From Alphaproteobacteria bacterium (GTDB taxonomy: Bacteria; Pseudomonadota; Alphaproteobacteria; UBA7985), in the NCBI GenBank assembly GCA_964228455.1, contig CAXQZM010000071.1, positions 13,310 through 77,309 on the forward strand: a stretch of 64,000 nucleotides of DNA, read 5' to 3'. Below are positions 9,999 through 20,097 of the stretch, piece after piece. Made by a program: the position numbers and the translations under genes. Within the stretch, counting starts at the first letter, position 1. Each line of letters starts with the position of its first letter. A model generated the notes under the pieces. It was given only the letters and a program-made list of their open reading frames with translations, ran no database searches and was not told where the DNA came from.

Positions 9999-10029
9999 GG
10001 CGTCCACTGGGCGCCTTTTGTCTTTTTCA
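9999..10029 (+). terminator. rpsO terminator / pnp leader hairpin (rho-independent terminator-attenuator)
   Basis: GGCGTCC-ACT-GGGCGCC stem (7 bp, one G-U pair) followed by TTTTGTCTTTTTC. The rpsO-pnp intergenic hairpin is a known RNase III/attenuation site in other bacteria. Confidence 0.6.
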
Positions 10030-10074
10030 GTGTCTGCAATCCGGCAGGCGCTTATGACGTTTAGAAAGTAACTT

Positions 10075-12195
10075 ATGTTTAACGTTGTTCGTAAATCTAT
10101 TGAGTGGGGCGGTCGCACGCTCACACTAGAAACCGGCCGTGTAGCACGTCAAGCTGACGGCGCCGTAATGGTCACTTATGGCGACACGGTCGTCCTTTGC
10201 ACTGCCGTTGGCGCAGCAAAACCAAAGCCCGGACAGGATTTCTTCCCCCTGACTGTAAATTATCAAGAGAAATATTCCGCCTCTGGCCGCATTCCTGGCG
10301 GCTTTTTTAAACGAGAAGGCCGCCCAACTGAGCGCGAGACTCTCTTGTCTCGCCTAATTGACCGACCATTGCGCCCTCTATTTGCTGAGGGGTATCTTTG
10401 CGAAACGCAAGTGGTCTGCACCGTGTTATCCTATGATCTTGAAAATGATCCAGATATGCCTGCCATGGTTGGTGCGTCTGCTGCATTAACCCTCTCCGGT
10501 TTGCCATTTATGGGACCAATTGGTGGAGCTTCGGTAGGATACCGTGATGGGGAGTATGTCTTAAACCCCAAAGTAGGCAATCGAGAAGGCATGCTTCTAG
10601 ATTTGTCTGTTGCTGGCACGACTGAGGGAGTGCTGATGGTTGAATCGGAGGCTTCTGAATTATCAGAAGAAGTGATGCTGGGTGCTGTTAAATTTGGCCA
10701 TGATGCCTGCAAAGAGGTTATTGGCTTGATCATTGATTTGGCAGAAGAGGCCGCAAAAGAGCCTCGAGACCTACCAGCACCAACTTTTGATGCTGATGCT
10801 CTTAAAGAAAAAATTGTTGATTTGGTTGGAAGTGATATCCAAGCAGGGTACTCAATCAAAGAAAAAGAGGCACGCCGCGATGCTATAGCAGCTGCCAAAG
10901 ACAAAGCTCTTGAAGCCTTTGCAAGTGACGAAGATGCTGAGTTTGATGCAGCAGCCGTTGGTAAATGTTTTAAATCGGCCGAAGCAGACGTCTTACGCGG
11001 GGCTGTCTTGAAAACTGGTAAGAGAATTGATGGCCGAGATACCAAAACGGTTAGACCAATTGTATCTGAGGTATCTGTCCTACCTAGGACACATGGTTCG
11101 TCACTTTTCACAAGAGGCGAAACTCAAGCATTGGTTACTTGTACGCTTGGAACCGGACGAGATGAGCAGATGATTGATAGCTTAGATGGTGAATTCAAGT
11201 CACGCTTTATGCTGCATTACAATTTCCCACCCTATTCTGTGGGAGAGGCTGGCCGAATGGGTTCGCCCGGTCGCAGAGAAATTGGTCATGGCAAGTTGGC
11301 TTGGCGAGCGATTAACCCATTAATGCCTTCTCAAGATGACTTCCCTTATGTTGTGCGTCTTATTTCTGAAATAACCGAGTCGAACGGCTCTTCATCTATG
11401 GCAACTGTATGCGGCTCCTCGCTGGCTCTTATGGACGCCGGTGCGCCATTGAAACGCCCAGTTGCCGGCATTGCAATGGGTCTAATTAAAGAAGGAGATG
11501 AGTTTGCCGTTTTATCGGACATCCTTGGAGATGAAGATCACTTGGGTGACATGGACTTCAAAGTCGCGGGTTCAGCAGAGGGTATAACTGCGTTGCAGAT
11601 GGATATAAAAATCACATCTATCACACCGGAGATTATGGAAATCGCCCTGGGTCAAGCTAAAGATGGAAGAATTCACATTCTTGGTGAAATGGAAAAAGCG
11701 TTGGGCACAGCTCGAGAAGGCACCTCTGCTCATGCGCCACAGATTGTTACTATCCAGATTAATAAGGATAAAATCCGTGATGTGATTGGTTCAGGGGGCA
11801 AGGTGATCCGCGAGATTACAGAAACTACTGGCGCCACTATTGATATCGAAGAAGACGGCACGATCAATATTGCTGCATCGGATGCTGCAAAGATCAGTGC
11901 AGCAAAGACTTGGATCGAGGATATCACGGGTGAAGCAGAGGAAGGTAAAATCTATCGCGGGAAGGTAGTAAACACCAAAGACTTCGGCGCTTTTGTAAAC
12001 TTCATGAAAGGCAAAGATGGCCTGGTGCACATTTCTAATATGAAAAACGAGCGTGTTGCTAAGACTACAGACGTTGTCAGTGAAGGCGATGAGGTCTACG
12101 TTTTGTGTTTGGGTATCGATGATCGCGGTAAAGTCTCTCTTTCCATGAAAGACGTTGATCAAGAGACTGGCGATTTGATTAGTAAAGAAGATTAG
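10075..12195 (+). CDS. pnp: Polyribonucleotide nucleotidyltransferase (PNPase)
   Basis: 706 aa. Two RNase PH domains, KH and S1 domains. Canonical N-terminus [18 protein letters not shown]. Confidence 0.95.
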   Translation: MFNVVRKSIEWGGRTLTLETGRVARQADGAVMVTYGDTVVLCTAVGAAKPKPGQDFFPLTVNYQEKYSASGRIPGGFFKREGRPTERETLLSRLIDRPLRPLFAEGYLCETQVVCTVLSYDLENDPDMPAMVGASAALTLSGLPFMGPIGGASVGYRDGEYVLNPKVGNREGMLLDLSVAGTTEGVLMVESEASELSEEVMLGAVKFGHDACKEVIGLIIDLAEEAAKEPRDLPAPTFDADALKEKIVDLVGSDIQAGYSIKEKEARRDAIAAAKDKALEAFASDEDAEFDAAAVGKCFKSAEADVLRGAVLKTGKRIDGRDTKTVRPIVSEVSVLPRTHGSSLFTRGETQALVTCTLGTGRDEQMIDSLDGEFKSRFMLHYNFPPYSVGEAGRMGSPGRREIGHGKLAWRAINPLMPSQDDFPYVVRLISEITESNGSSSMATVCGSSLALMDAGAPLKRPVAGIAMGLIKEGDEFAVLSDILGDEDHLGDMDFKVAGSAEGITALQMDIKITSITPEIMEIALGQAKDGRIHILGEMEKALGTAREGTSAHAPQIVTIQINKDKIRDVIGSGGKVIREITETTGATIDIEEDGTINIAASDAAKISAAKTWIEDITGEAEEGKIYRGKVVNTKDFGAFVNFMKGKDGLVHISNMKNERVAKTTDVVSEGDEVYVLCLGIDDRGKVSLSMKDVDQETGDLISKED

Positions 12196-12224
12196 TATCG
12201 ATATCAAAAACTAGAGATTAAAAA

Positions 12225-12250
12225 GGGAGCCCGCGGCTCCCTTTTTTATT
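12225..12250 (+). terminator. Rho-independent terminator of pnp
   Basis: GGGAGCC-CGC-GGCTCCC perfect 7-bp stem followed by TTTTTTATT. Confidence 0.85.
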
Positions 12251-12475
12251 GAGCGATGATTGAGGATATGAACTCCCACCTCCTCCGCCATAAACGGCCT
12301 GTAATCGACTTTCAGATTGGGCCTAACCTTCAGATAACGCTCAGTGTTTGAACCTCAGAATTCATTGTGCTGCACTGGGTTACTGACCATTTTGCGCCTT
12401 ATTGCAGTGAACTACAGCACAGTGCTATCAACAATATCAGAGTGTTAGATGAATGCTGACGGATGATATGATCCG

Positions 12476-13453
12476 TCAACTAGTTTTGAATTTTCTAAGC
12501 CCCGCTGTGAGGGCTTCGAATTCTCTGGGTGCGCTTACTTCAAAGTGCAATCTTTCCTTAGTAATTGGATGTGTGAAACCTAGCTCAGCTGCATGCAGAG
12601 CTTGACCAGGAAGTTGTGACAGAGCTTTTATGGCTTCCTTAGGAGCATCCGCCGTAAGTCTTTTCTTTGGGGTGCCGTACAGAGGATCACCCAACAAGGG
12701 ATATCCGCAGTGGTCAAAGTGAACTCGGATTTGGTGGGTTCTTCCTGTTTCTAGCCGACACTCTAATTGGCAGGCAAATGTTCCGAAGGCCTCAACAAGC
12801 TGGAAGTTGGTAACAGCCTCACGGCCGTCATCTCGAACTGTCATTTTTAGCCGGTCTTTAGGATGTCGACCTATTGGTGCGTCGATGCTGCCGTCTGCAG
12901 TGGGAACCAAGCCCCAAACAATCGCGGCGTAGTGTCGGTCTATAGTGCGCTTTTGAAACTGTTTTTGTAGTCCTCTGAGTGAGAGTTCATCTTTTGCGAT
13001 TACAATCAAACCACTAGTGTCCTTGTCTAAGCGATGGACAATTCCAGGACGCCGTTCACCACCAATACCTGGAAGTGATGCGCCGCAATGATAGAGCAGT
13101 GCGTTGACGAGTGTTCCAGAAAGATTCCCAGTTCCTGGATGAACTACAAGACCTGCAGGCTTATTTATAATCAGCAAGTGGTTATCCTCAAAATGCACCT
13201 CTAGTGGAATGTGCTCTGGTTGCAGGGCTAAATCCGCTACTTCGGGCTCCTCAAGGGTAATGGCTTGACCCAAACGCACTTTGAGCTTTGGGCTAGTTAC
13301 TATTTTGTTCTCAAGTCTAACGGCCCCGTCTTCAATTAATGCTTTAAGACGTGCGCGACTCAAGTGACCAAAAATACTAGCTGCGGCTTTGTCTAGTCGA
13401 TCATCGGCGTTGGTTTCGTCAATTATTGCTTCATGTTTTTGCACTTCGGCCAT
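12476..13453 (-). CDS. rluD: RluA-family 23S rRNA pseudouridine synthase (RluD-like, N-terminal S4 domain)
   Basis: 325 aa. S4 RNA-binding N-terminus, catalytic HRLDKDTSGL motif. Confidence 0.85.
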   Translation of the reverse strand: MAEVQKHEAIIDETNADDRLDKAAASIFGHLSRARLKALIEDGAVRLENKIVTSPKLKVRLGQAITLEEPEVADLALQPEHIPLEVHFEDNHLLIINKPAGLVVHPGTGNLSGTLVNALLYHCGASLPGIGGERRPGIVHRLDKDTSGLIVIAKDELSLRGLQKQFQKRTIDRHYAAIVWGLVPTADGSIDAPIGRHPKDRLKMTVRDDGREAVTNFQLVEAFGTFACQLECRLETGRTHQIRVHFDHCGYPLLGDPLYGTPKKRLTADAPKEAIKALSQLPGQALHAAELGFTHPITKERLHFEVSAPREFEALTAGLRKFKTS

Positions 13454-13464
13454 ATGGACCCCCT

Positions 13465-13776
13465 ATGACGGAACCCCGCACGAACCTCAATCGCATCTTA
13501 ATTGCAGCAATAACTTTAATGACCATAGCTATTTTTGGGCTGGGCGCTGCGATAGTTTGGAGACTATTTTTGTCAGGGGATAGTGGGAAGGTGGTTTTGT
13601 CCGACACGCAACGGATAGATATTGGCACAGCAGCGATTGAGTATCGCGTTTCAGAGGGTTGTAAGGACGAAATAATTGTTGAGGAGGGAGCTATTGAGCT
13701 CCGCTTGTTTGGGACTGGCTGCGCTGGACTTCAGATCATAGAACTGACAGGTAATGTTAGTTTGATTAGGGAGTAG
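13465..13776 (+). CDS. Hypothetical small membrane-anchored protein
   Basis: One N-terminal hydrophobic helix (ILIAAITLMTIAIFGLGAAIVW). No recognisable catalytic motif. Start set at the internal ATG to avoid overlap with rluD. Confidence 0.35.
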   Translation: MTEPRTNLNRILIAAITLMTIAIFGLGAAIVWRLFLSGDSGKVVLSDTQRIDIGTAAIEYRVSEGCKDEIIVEEGAIELRLFGTGCAGLQIIELTGNVSLIRE

Positions 13777-13779
13777 TTA

Positions 13780-14802
13780 ATGTATTTTGCTTCTGACAAT
13801 ACAGCTGGCGCTCATCCGGATGTTCTGAAAGCTCTGGTTAAGGTAAATTCAGGCTTCGTTGGCGCATACGGAGACGACCCAATAACGGCGGCACTCCAAG
13901 ATCGATTGCGAGCCATATTCGAGCATGATGAGCTAATAGCCTTTCCAATCGCAACCGGATCCTCTGGAAACGCGCTTGCGTTGGCGACAATGACCCCTGG
14001 ATGGGGAGCAGTATACTGCCACGGCGAGGCCCACATCAACGTTGACGAATGCGGCGCTCCCGAAGTAGCAAATCCTGGAAGCAAGTTGGTGCCACTCGAT
14101 GGGGTCAATGGGAAATTTACAGCTGATTCCGTTATGAGTTCAATGCGGGGCAGAGATTTTGTACACGCGGTTCAGCCATCAACTATATCAGTTACCAATC
14201 TCACCGAGGTTGGCAGTGCGTATACTGTCGAGGAATTGCAAGATCTTGGCGAATTTTGCCGAAAAGAAAAGCTATCATTTCACATGGACGGGGCACGTTT
14301 TGCAAATGCCTTGGTTTCAACCAATGCAAGCCCGGCTGACTTAACGTGGAGAGCGGGAGTTGATGTTTTGACATTTGGGGCAACCAAAAATGGCTGCATG
14401 GCCGCTGAGGCGGTTATATTCTTCGACCCTGATAGAGCTCAGGAGTTTGCATTTCGACGTAAGCGAGCAGGTCATTTATTTTCTAAAATGAGATTTTTAA
14501 GCGGGCAATTAATAGGATACATTGAAAATGATCTATGGCTCCAAACGGCGCGTCATGCGAATGCTATGGCTGCAAAACTTGCGCGCGGGCTTGTTGCAGC
14601 AGGGTATCGCCCATATTTTCCCGTCGAGGGAAATATGGTTTTTGCACCTATTCCAGAAGTTGTGCAGAAAAAACTCAAGGACCATGGAGCACTGTTCTAT
14701 CCTGGTCGCTTAGGCGGAACAGATGGAACCGATGTTCGGCTTTTGTGTTCTTGGTCAACAACACAGGCGGAAGTCGACAAGTTTGTAGGGCTTTTAGGTT
14801 AG
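13780..14802 (+). CDS. ltaE: Low-specificity L-threonine aldolase (PLP-dependent, beta-eliminating-lyase fold)
   Basis: 340 aa. N-terminus FASDNTAGAHPDVL, PLP lysine region (TFGATKNG). GGGAG RBS upstream. Confidence 0.8.
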   Translation: MYFASDNTAGAHPDVLKALVKVNSGFVGAYGDDPITAALQDRLRAIFEHDELIAFPIATGSSGNALALATMTPGWGAVYCHGEAHINVDECGAPEVANPGSKLVPLDGVNGKFTADSVMSSMRGRDFVHAVQPSTISVTNLTEVGSAYTVEELQDLGEFCRKEKLSFHMDGARFANALVSTNASPADLTWRAGVDVLTFGATKNGCMAAEAVIFFDPDRAQEFAFRRKRAGHLFSKMRFLSGQLIGYIENDLWLQTARHANAMAAKLARGLVAAGYRPYFPVEGNMVFAPIPEVVQKKLKDHGALFYPGRLGGTDGTDVRLLCSWSTTQAEVDKFVGLLG

Positions 14803-15954
14803 GCGAGCTTCTACAAGCTTAGCCCAATAAGCAACACCGTATGGAATAGCTTTATCATTAAAGTCGTATTCAGGGTGATGTAGGCCTGCTGTGTCTCCGT
14901 TACCCATGAAGATGTAGGCCCCTGGCTTTTCTTCTAGCATGTAGGCAAAGTCTTCTCCGCCCATTAAGGGCTCACAGGATCTCTCCACCTGTTGTTCACC
15001 AACAACTGTCGCCGCAACATCCGCAGCAATTTTTGTTTCGGTTGAGTGATTAACGGTTACTGGATAATTACGAGTAAAGGCTACAGTCGCCTTGCCTCCA
15101 TATGTGCTAGCAACACCCCGGGCAATTTCACCAAGCCGAGTCTCCATCTGATCTCTAACGTTTGGATCTAATGTTCTCACTGTTCCGCTGATTATGGCGC
15201 TATCAGGAATGACGTTGTTAGCCGTTCCAGCATGAAATTGTGTCACAGAGAGGACCGCTTGAGCTAGTGGGTCTAGCTCTCGACTGACTAATCCTTGTAG
15301 CGCCTGTATCATTAGGCTGCCCATATAGATTGGGTCAGCAGATTGGTGAGGTAGTGCTGCATGCCCTCCTCTGCCGTTTATCTCGATATTGAAGTTATCT
15401 GGGCTACCCATGATGCCACCTGGCCGGATAGAAAATTGTCCCACAGGAAGGCCCGGGAGATTATGCATTCCATAGACTTCATCGCACGGAAATTTTTCAA
15501 ACAAACCATCCTTGATCATAGCTTTAGCTCCTGCACCACCCTCCTCAGCAGGTTGAAATATGAGGTAGACGGTTCCATCAAAATTTCGAGTGTCAGTAAG
15601 ATGTTTGGCAGCACCTAGTAACATGGCTGTATGTCCATCATGTCCGCAAGCATGCATTCGACCAGGGTGCTGAGATTTGTAATTGTGTTCCCGTGACTCT
15701 GAGATGGGCAAGCCGTCCATATCAGCTCGTAGACCGATTGATTTTTCTCCAGGGGTTTTCCCTTTTATAACTGCGACGACCCCAGTCTTTCCAAGACCTT
15801 CATGGATTTCATCTACCCCGATATCGCGAAGCGTCTTAGAAACAAACGCGCTAGTTTTAGTTTCTTCATAACAAAGCTCTGGGATCTGGTGCAGCTGCTG
15901 CCGCCAACCGGAGACGATAGGGTGATCTGCTTGGATTGAATTAGACAACGTCAT
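14794..15954 (-). CDS. M20-family amidohydrolase (hippurate hydrolase / N-acyl-L-amino-acid amidohydrolase-like)
   Basis: 386 aa. M20D signatures (HACGHDGH, metal-binding Glu/His positions). Confidence 0.8.
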   Translation of the reverse strand: MTLSNSIQADHPIVSGWRQQLHQIPELCYEETKTSAFVSKTLRDIGVDEIHEGLGKTGVVAVIKGKTPGEKSIGLRADMDGLPISESREHNYKSQHPGRMHACGHDGHTAMLLGAAKHLTDTRNFDGTVYLIFQPAEEGGAGAKAMIKDGLFEKFPCDEVYGMHNLPGLPVGQFSIRPGGIMGSPDNFNIEINGRGGHAALPHQSADPIYMGSLMIQALQGLVSRELDPLAQAVLSVTQFHAGTANNVIPDSAIISGTVRTLDPNVRDQMETRLGEIARGVASTYGGKATVAFTRNYPVTVNHSTETKIAADVAATVVGEQQVERSCEPLMGGEDFAYMLEEKPGAYIFMGNGDTAGLHHPEYDFNDKAIPYGVAYWAKLVEARLT

Positions 15955-16002
15955 ATCACCCAGATAAAGCGATTTAGACAGATTGTCAGCAGGATTTAAA
16001 TA

Positions 16003-16365
16003 ATGATTGAACGAATTTCTTCAGGAGGACTTTTTGAAAAGAAGGTTGGGTATTGTCGAGCGGTTGTAGCTGGAGGGTTTGTTTATGTATCGGGCACTGT
16101 TGCGGGCCCTGAAGTGCCAAATAGCGTCTTAGGTCAGTGTGAATCTGTCTTATCAAACATAGATCAGGCCCTAAGGAGGGCTGGGAGCAGCTTTGAGAAA
16201 ACGGTTAAAGTGACTTACTATTTGCCTAAAGCGTCTGATTTTGAGGTGTGCTGGCCAATTCTGCAGAAAACATTCGGGGATAACCCTCCTGCTGCGACAA
16301 TGATTGTGTGTGGGCTAATAGATCCAAAATATAAAATCGAGATTGAGCTTACAGCTATCTTGTGA
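16003..16365 (+). CDS. RidA/YjgF-family reactive-intermediate deaminase
   Basis: 120 aa. RidA-like fold signature and length. Confidence 0.7.
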   Translation: MIERISSGGLFEKKVGYCRAVVAGGFVYVSGTVAGPEVPNSVLGQCESVLSNIDQALRRAGSSFEKTVKVTYYLPKASDFEVCWPILQKTFGDNPPAATMIVCGLIDPKYKIEIELTAIL

Positions 16366-16397
16366 GGGCTATTTGTACGGCTTTCTTAACTAGACTC

Positions 16398-16991
16398 TTA
16401 TTTGAGCACTGCGCCTTTCATTAGCAGAACCATGTTAGCATGACTTGGCTCTTCTCCAAGGCTCTCAATCTTGTGGGGTAGATCACACCGATATCGTAAG
16501 GTATCGCCGCCAACCCCTGTAAAGCTTTCTTCACCGCTCGTGACGCGCAGTTTGCCTTTATAAATTGTCAGGTTTTCTACTGAGCCTGGGGCATGAGGTT
16601 CTGAATCCAAAATACCTCCGGGCTGAGCCTCAATTTCGTACACTTGAACCCAATCTACAACATTGGACCAGCCGGTTATACGAAGGCAAAACTTTCCGTC
16701 TTCTGAGTTTAGCACAGGGATCTGTGCTCCAGTCGCTTTCTCGATAAGCGCAGGGCGTTCTTCTGATCGAAGAACTTCTTCTATGGACGTGTCGAGTGCC
16801 TGGCTTAAACGCCAAATTGTACCCAATGTTGGATTGGTTTCATTCCGCTCAATTTGGGAAATAATCGATTTTGCGACACCTGATTTTTCAGCCAGTTGCC
16901 CTAGCGTGAGGTCGTACGATTGGCGCAGGCGCATGATAGTTTTACCCAGTTCAGGTGAAAAATCTGCTGCAGTATCTTTTTTTGTAGCCAT
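16398..16991 (-). CDS. XRE-family transcriptional regulator with C-terminal cupin domain
   Basis: 197 aa. HTH_3 (LRQSYDLTLGQLAEKSGVAKSIISQIERNETNPTLGTIWRLSQAL) plus cupin barrel. Confidence 0.8.
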   Translation of the reverse strand: MATKKDTAADFSPELGKTIMRLRQSYDLTLGQLAEKSGVAKSIISQIERNETNPTLGTIWRLSQALDTSIEEVLRSEERPALIEKATGAQIPVLNSEDGKFCLRITGWSNVVDWVQVYEIEAQPGGILDSEPHAPGSVENLTIYKGKLRVTSGEESFTGVGGDTLRYRCDLPHKIESLGEEPSHANMVLLMKGAVLK

Positions 16992-17031
16992 GGGGTTAGG
17001 CTTTAGGCTTGGTCACGCTAGGTATCAAGAA

Positions 17032-18717
17032 ATGAAGCTAACTCATCCAGAAATCATTTGGCGCGGGGTAACTCCCGTGGCCGCCTCTTATGGAGACATC
17101 TATTATTCGCCTGAAGATGCGTTGGGTGAGGTGCGACACAATTTTGTGTCGCTTGTTCAGCCTTTTTTTGGACAGCAGGAAACGCTTTTAATTGGCGAGA
17201 CAGGTTTTGGTACTGGCCTAAACTTCCTTGCGACTTGGAATGATTGGAAAATCAACAAGCGGCCAGGCGATCGGTTAATTTTTCTATCGACTGAAGCGCA
17301 CCCCCTTAGAGAGGCGGACGCAAGAAAAGCCCTTAAGCCTTTTTCGGAATTACAGCCAATACAAGAAGAGCTTTTGATAAATTGGCCAGTCGGCATACCA
17401 GGGCCACATCGCAGGTTTTTTGATGGAGGTGATGTAGAGCTTTGGGTTTTGCAGGGTGACGCGAAACAAGAGTTGCAGCGCCAAAGCTTTCAAGCAGATG
17501 CTTGGTATTTTGATGGTTTCAATCCATCTGAAAATCCCGAAATTTGGTCATGTGAGGTCCTTGAGGAGTGCGCTCGATTGATGCGGCCTGGATCGGTTGC
17601 TGGCACATTTACCGTTGCGAGTTCTGTCAGGGCTAATTTAGCACGTGCAGGGCTTCAATTTGAGAAATCTCCCGGATTCGGGAGGAAGCGCGATTGCTTG
17701 AAAATTTGGAAGCCAGGAAAAGCAACTGATCACGTCCCATGTAAAAAACCGCCTATAAAAATTGTTGGTGATGGCATTGCGGGGGCGAGCTTGCTCTGGG
17801 CAGCTAAAGCAAGAGGTTTGGATGCTGTTCAAAGGGGCGGACACCATCCACATCGAGCTAGCGGCAATCCGGCAGCTCTGGTTAATTTTAAACCAACGAG
17901 GGCGCCTAATGTTCCAAGCAACAGGCTTTTGTCTGCAAGCTTGGCACATGTTCAGCCAATTTATAAAGATCTGTGGCTGCCAGGGCGAGGCACCTTGAAG
18001 CCGGCTACATCCCTTGAACAGAAGGTTGAATTTCAGAATTGCCTGAGCGCCATGGGCTGGACTGACACAGCTTTGAAATGGTCATCAAATGACCTGGGAT
18101 TGTTTAGCCCTGTAGCAGGATATGTGTCGCCTCGCGCCGTGCTAGAGTATTTAACAGCAGGTGCGCAAAGTGTGCCTGAAGACATTAATTTTGAAGTAGT
18201 AATTGCCAAAGGATTTGGGACGGTGGAGGAGGCCCCCACTATCAATTCAGCACTCCGTCGGAACCTCGGTCAAGTAGATGTTTTTGGAGCTGAAGGCAGC
18301 CCAAACTTGCGATATCCTGTTACGTTTGGTGGATATGTGACACCCCAGTTTGGCGGCCAAGTCCTTGCGGGATCAACCTATGATCGTTACCCGGATTGGG
18401 ATGCCCCTAATCTGATAACGCCACAGGAATCTGCAACCCAAGAAATAATATCTAAGGCAGCCAGTTCGGGCTTTAATCTTCCTCAAACATCCTTGAATTC
18501 TTTTGTATCAGCCCGAGCATTTGGTCGAGATCATAGACCTATTGTTGGTAATACACCTGATGGGGTTTATGTGCTGACAGGTTTAGGATCCCGTGGATTT
18601 TTGACAGCGCCATTGCTTGCAGAAGTGCTTTTAGACGAAATCGAGGGGCGTAATTTAACTGGGCTGCCATCTTATGACTTTGCGGCTTGCGTGCATCCGT
18701 CTAGGTTTTCAATATGA
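17032..18717 (+). CDS. mnmC: Bifunctional tRNA 5-methylaminomethyl-2-thiouridine biosynthesis protein MnmC (N-terminal methyltransferase, C-terminal FAD-dependent oxidase)
   Basis: DxFxP-type motif (AWYFDGFNPSENPEIW) of the MnmC2 methyltransferase domain. C-terminal DAO-type FAD domain (IVGDGIAGASL...LTGLGSRGF). The ORF is open from 16663 but the biologically plausible start is ATG 17032 (or 16990). Confidence 0.75.
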   Translation: MKLTHPEIIWRGVTPVAASYGDIYYSPEDALGEVRHNFVSLVQPFFGQQETLLIGETGFGTGLNFLATWNDWKINKRPGDRLIFLSTEAHPLREADARKALKPFSELQPIQEELLINWPVGIPGPHRRFFDGGDVELWVLQGDAKQELQRQSFQADAWYFDGFNPSENPEIWSCEVLEECARLMRPGSVAGTFTVASSVRANLARAGLQFEKSPGFGRKRDCLKIWKPGKATDHVPCKKPPIKIVGDGIAGASLLWAAKARGLDAVQRGGHHPHRASGNPAALVNFKPTRAPNVPSNRLLSASLAHVQPIYKDLWLPGRGTLKPATSLEQKVEFQNCLSAMGWTDTALKWSSNDLGLFSPVAGYVSPRAVLEYLTAGAQSVPEDINFEVVIAKGFGTVEEAPTINSALRRNLGQVDVFGAEGSPNLRYPVTFGGYVTPQFGGQVLAGSTYDRYPDWDAPNLITPQESATQEIISKAASSGFNLPQTSLNSFVSARAFGRDHRPIVGNTPDGVYVLTGLGSRGFLTAPLLAEVLLDEIEGRNLTGLPSYDFAACVHPSRFSI

Positions 18718-19283
18718 AACAAGAGCATCGTCTTCTCGCCCTTGCAGCGCATACTCGCAAATGGTCACCAAGAATTAACCTGGTTTCAAAGTCTTCTTTA
18801 GTGGAAATTGAAAACCGACATATAAAGGACAGCACTCAGCTCGCGAGCTTTATACCCAACAAAAAGTCACGCATTATAGATCTAGGATGTGGCGGTGGGT
18901 TTCCTGGATTAGCACTTGCTTGTTTGGGCTATGAAAATTTGACACTGGTAGACTCGGATGCCCGAAAGATTAGTGCATGCAGAGCGTTTTTGCGCGAACA
19001 GGCTCTCTCAGTAAACTTAGTTAACAGTCGTATAGATGAGCTTCAGGTTATGAACTTTGAAATTGTTACCGCGCGTGCGTTAGCAAGTCTGGATCAACTG
19101 CTTCAGTGGGCGGTTAATCTTTTGTCAACGAACGGCAGGTGTCTTTTTCTAAAAGGTGCGCGTGTTGATGAAGAAATTGATTCAGCGCTTAAAATAGCAG
19201 AATTTACATTCACCAAGCATCCTAGTCTTTCGTCCCCCGATGGCTGCGTGCTAGAGATCTGCAATGTTCGGATTCGGAGTTAA
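18714..19283 (+). CDS. rsmG: 16S rRNA (guanine527-N7)-methyltransferase
   Basis: 189 aa. SAM motif IIDLGCGGGFPGLALA. Located upstream of parAB as in the canonical gidB-parA-parB arrangement. Confidence 0.9.
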   Translation: MKQEHRLLALAAHTRKWSPRINLVSKSSLVEIENRHIKDSTQLASFIPNKKSRIIDLGCGGGFPGLALACLGYENLTLVDSDARKISACRAFLREQALSVNLVNSRIDELQVMNFEIVTARALASLDQLLQWAVNLLSTNGRCLFLKGARVDEEIDSALKIAEFTFTKHPSLSSPDGCVLEICNVRIRS

Positions 19284-20097
19284 ATCACATGACACAGCAA
19301 AAGCTGCGCGCATCATTGCAGTTGCAAATCAAAAGGGTGGAGTGGGGAAAACGACAACCACATGCAATCTCGCAGCGGCCTTAACATCATTAGGTCTGAA
19401 AGTTCTTTTAATTGATGCGGATCCACAGGGGAATGCCTCAACAGGGTTTGGTATCCATGATCGAACACAAAATTTATACCATGTTCTTGTTGGAGGGCGA
19501 CCAGCAAAAAAAGCTGCAAAACCTACAGCATTAAAGGGGCTGGATCTGATACCTGCGACAGTGGATCTAGCTGGCGCTGAGTTAGAGCTGGTTGATCAGG
19601 ATAGTTGGAAAACTGTCTTGGCTAAAGCATTATCCCCAGTATCGGAAAGTTATGACTTCATACTTATTGATTGTCCGCCTGCATTAGGGCCACTTACGGT
19701 TAACGCACTTGGCGCTGCTTCGTCAGTAATAGTTCCCTTACAGGCTGAATTTTACGCGCTGGAAGGGCTCTCACACTTAGTTCGAACAATCGATCGATTA
19801 CGAAAGACGCTGAATCCCAAGCTTGCTTTGGGTGGTATTGTTCTTACCATGGTCGATGGCCGGAACCGATTATCCGTCCAGGTGGATGCTGATGTTCGCG
19901 CTCATTTCGGAGACAAGGTTTTTTCTACCACAATTCCTCGAAATGTTAGAGTATCTGAAGCACCATCTCATGGACTACCAGTCATGGCCTATGATCCTCG
20001 CTCTGCTGGTGCGCGCGCATACATGGAGCTTGCTCTCGAACTTCTGCGCCGTAATGGTTTAGCACCACAAGCAAAGAAAACGAGAGCAGCAGCATGA
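19264..20097 (+). CDS. parA: Chromosome partitioning ATPase ParA
   Basis: Deviant Walker A KGGVGKTTT. ParA/Soj family length and motifs. Confidence 0.9.
   Translation: MFGFGVKSHDTAKAARIIAVANQKGGVGKTTTTCNLAAALTSLGLKVLLIDADPQGNASTGFGIHDRTQNLYHVLVGGRPAKKAAKPTALKGLDLIPATVDLAGAELELVDQDSWKTVLAKALSPVSESYDFILIDCPPALGPLTVNALGAASSVIVPLQAEFYALEGLSHLVRTIDRLRKTLNPKLALGGIVLTMVDGRNRLSVQVDADVRAHFGDKVFSTTIPRNVRVSEAPSHGLPVMAYDPRSAGARAYMELALELLRRNGLAPQAKKTRAAA

Noticed and set aside
10431-11111. 226-aa ORF antisense to pnp
   Set aside because: It lies entirely inside the well-supported pnp coding sequence on the opposite strand. Its composition is low-complexity, Ser/Ala-rich and typical of antisense translation of a GC-biased gene. 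It has no recognisable motifs.
16663-17031. In-frame upstream extension of the mnmC ORF (123 extra codons)
   Set aside because: The extension overlaps the XRE-cupin regulator on the opposite strand and has no MnmC homology. The conserved MnmC N-terminus begins near ATG 17032.
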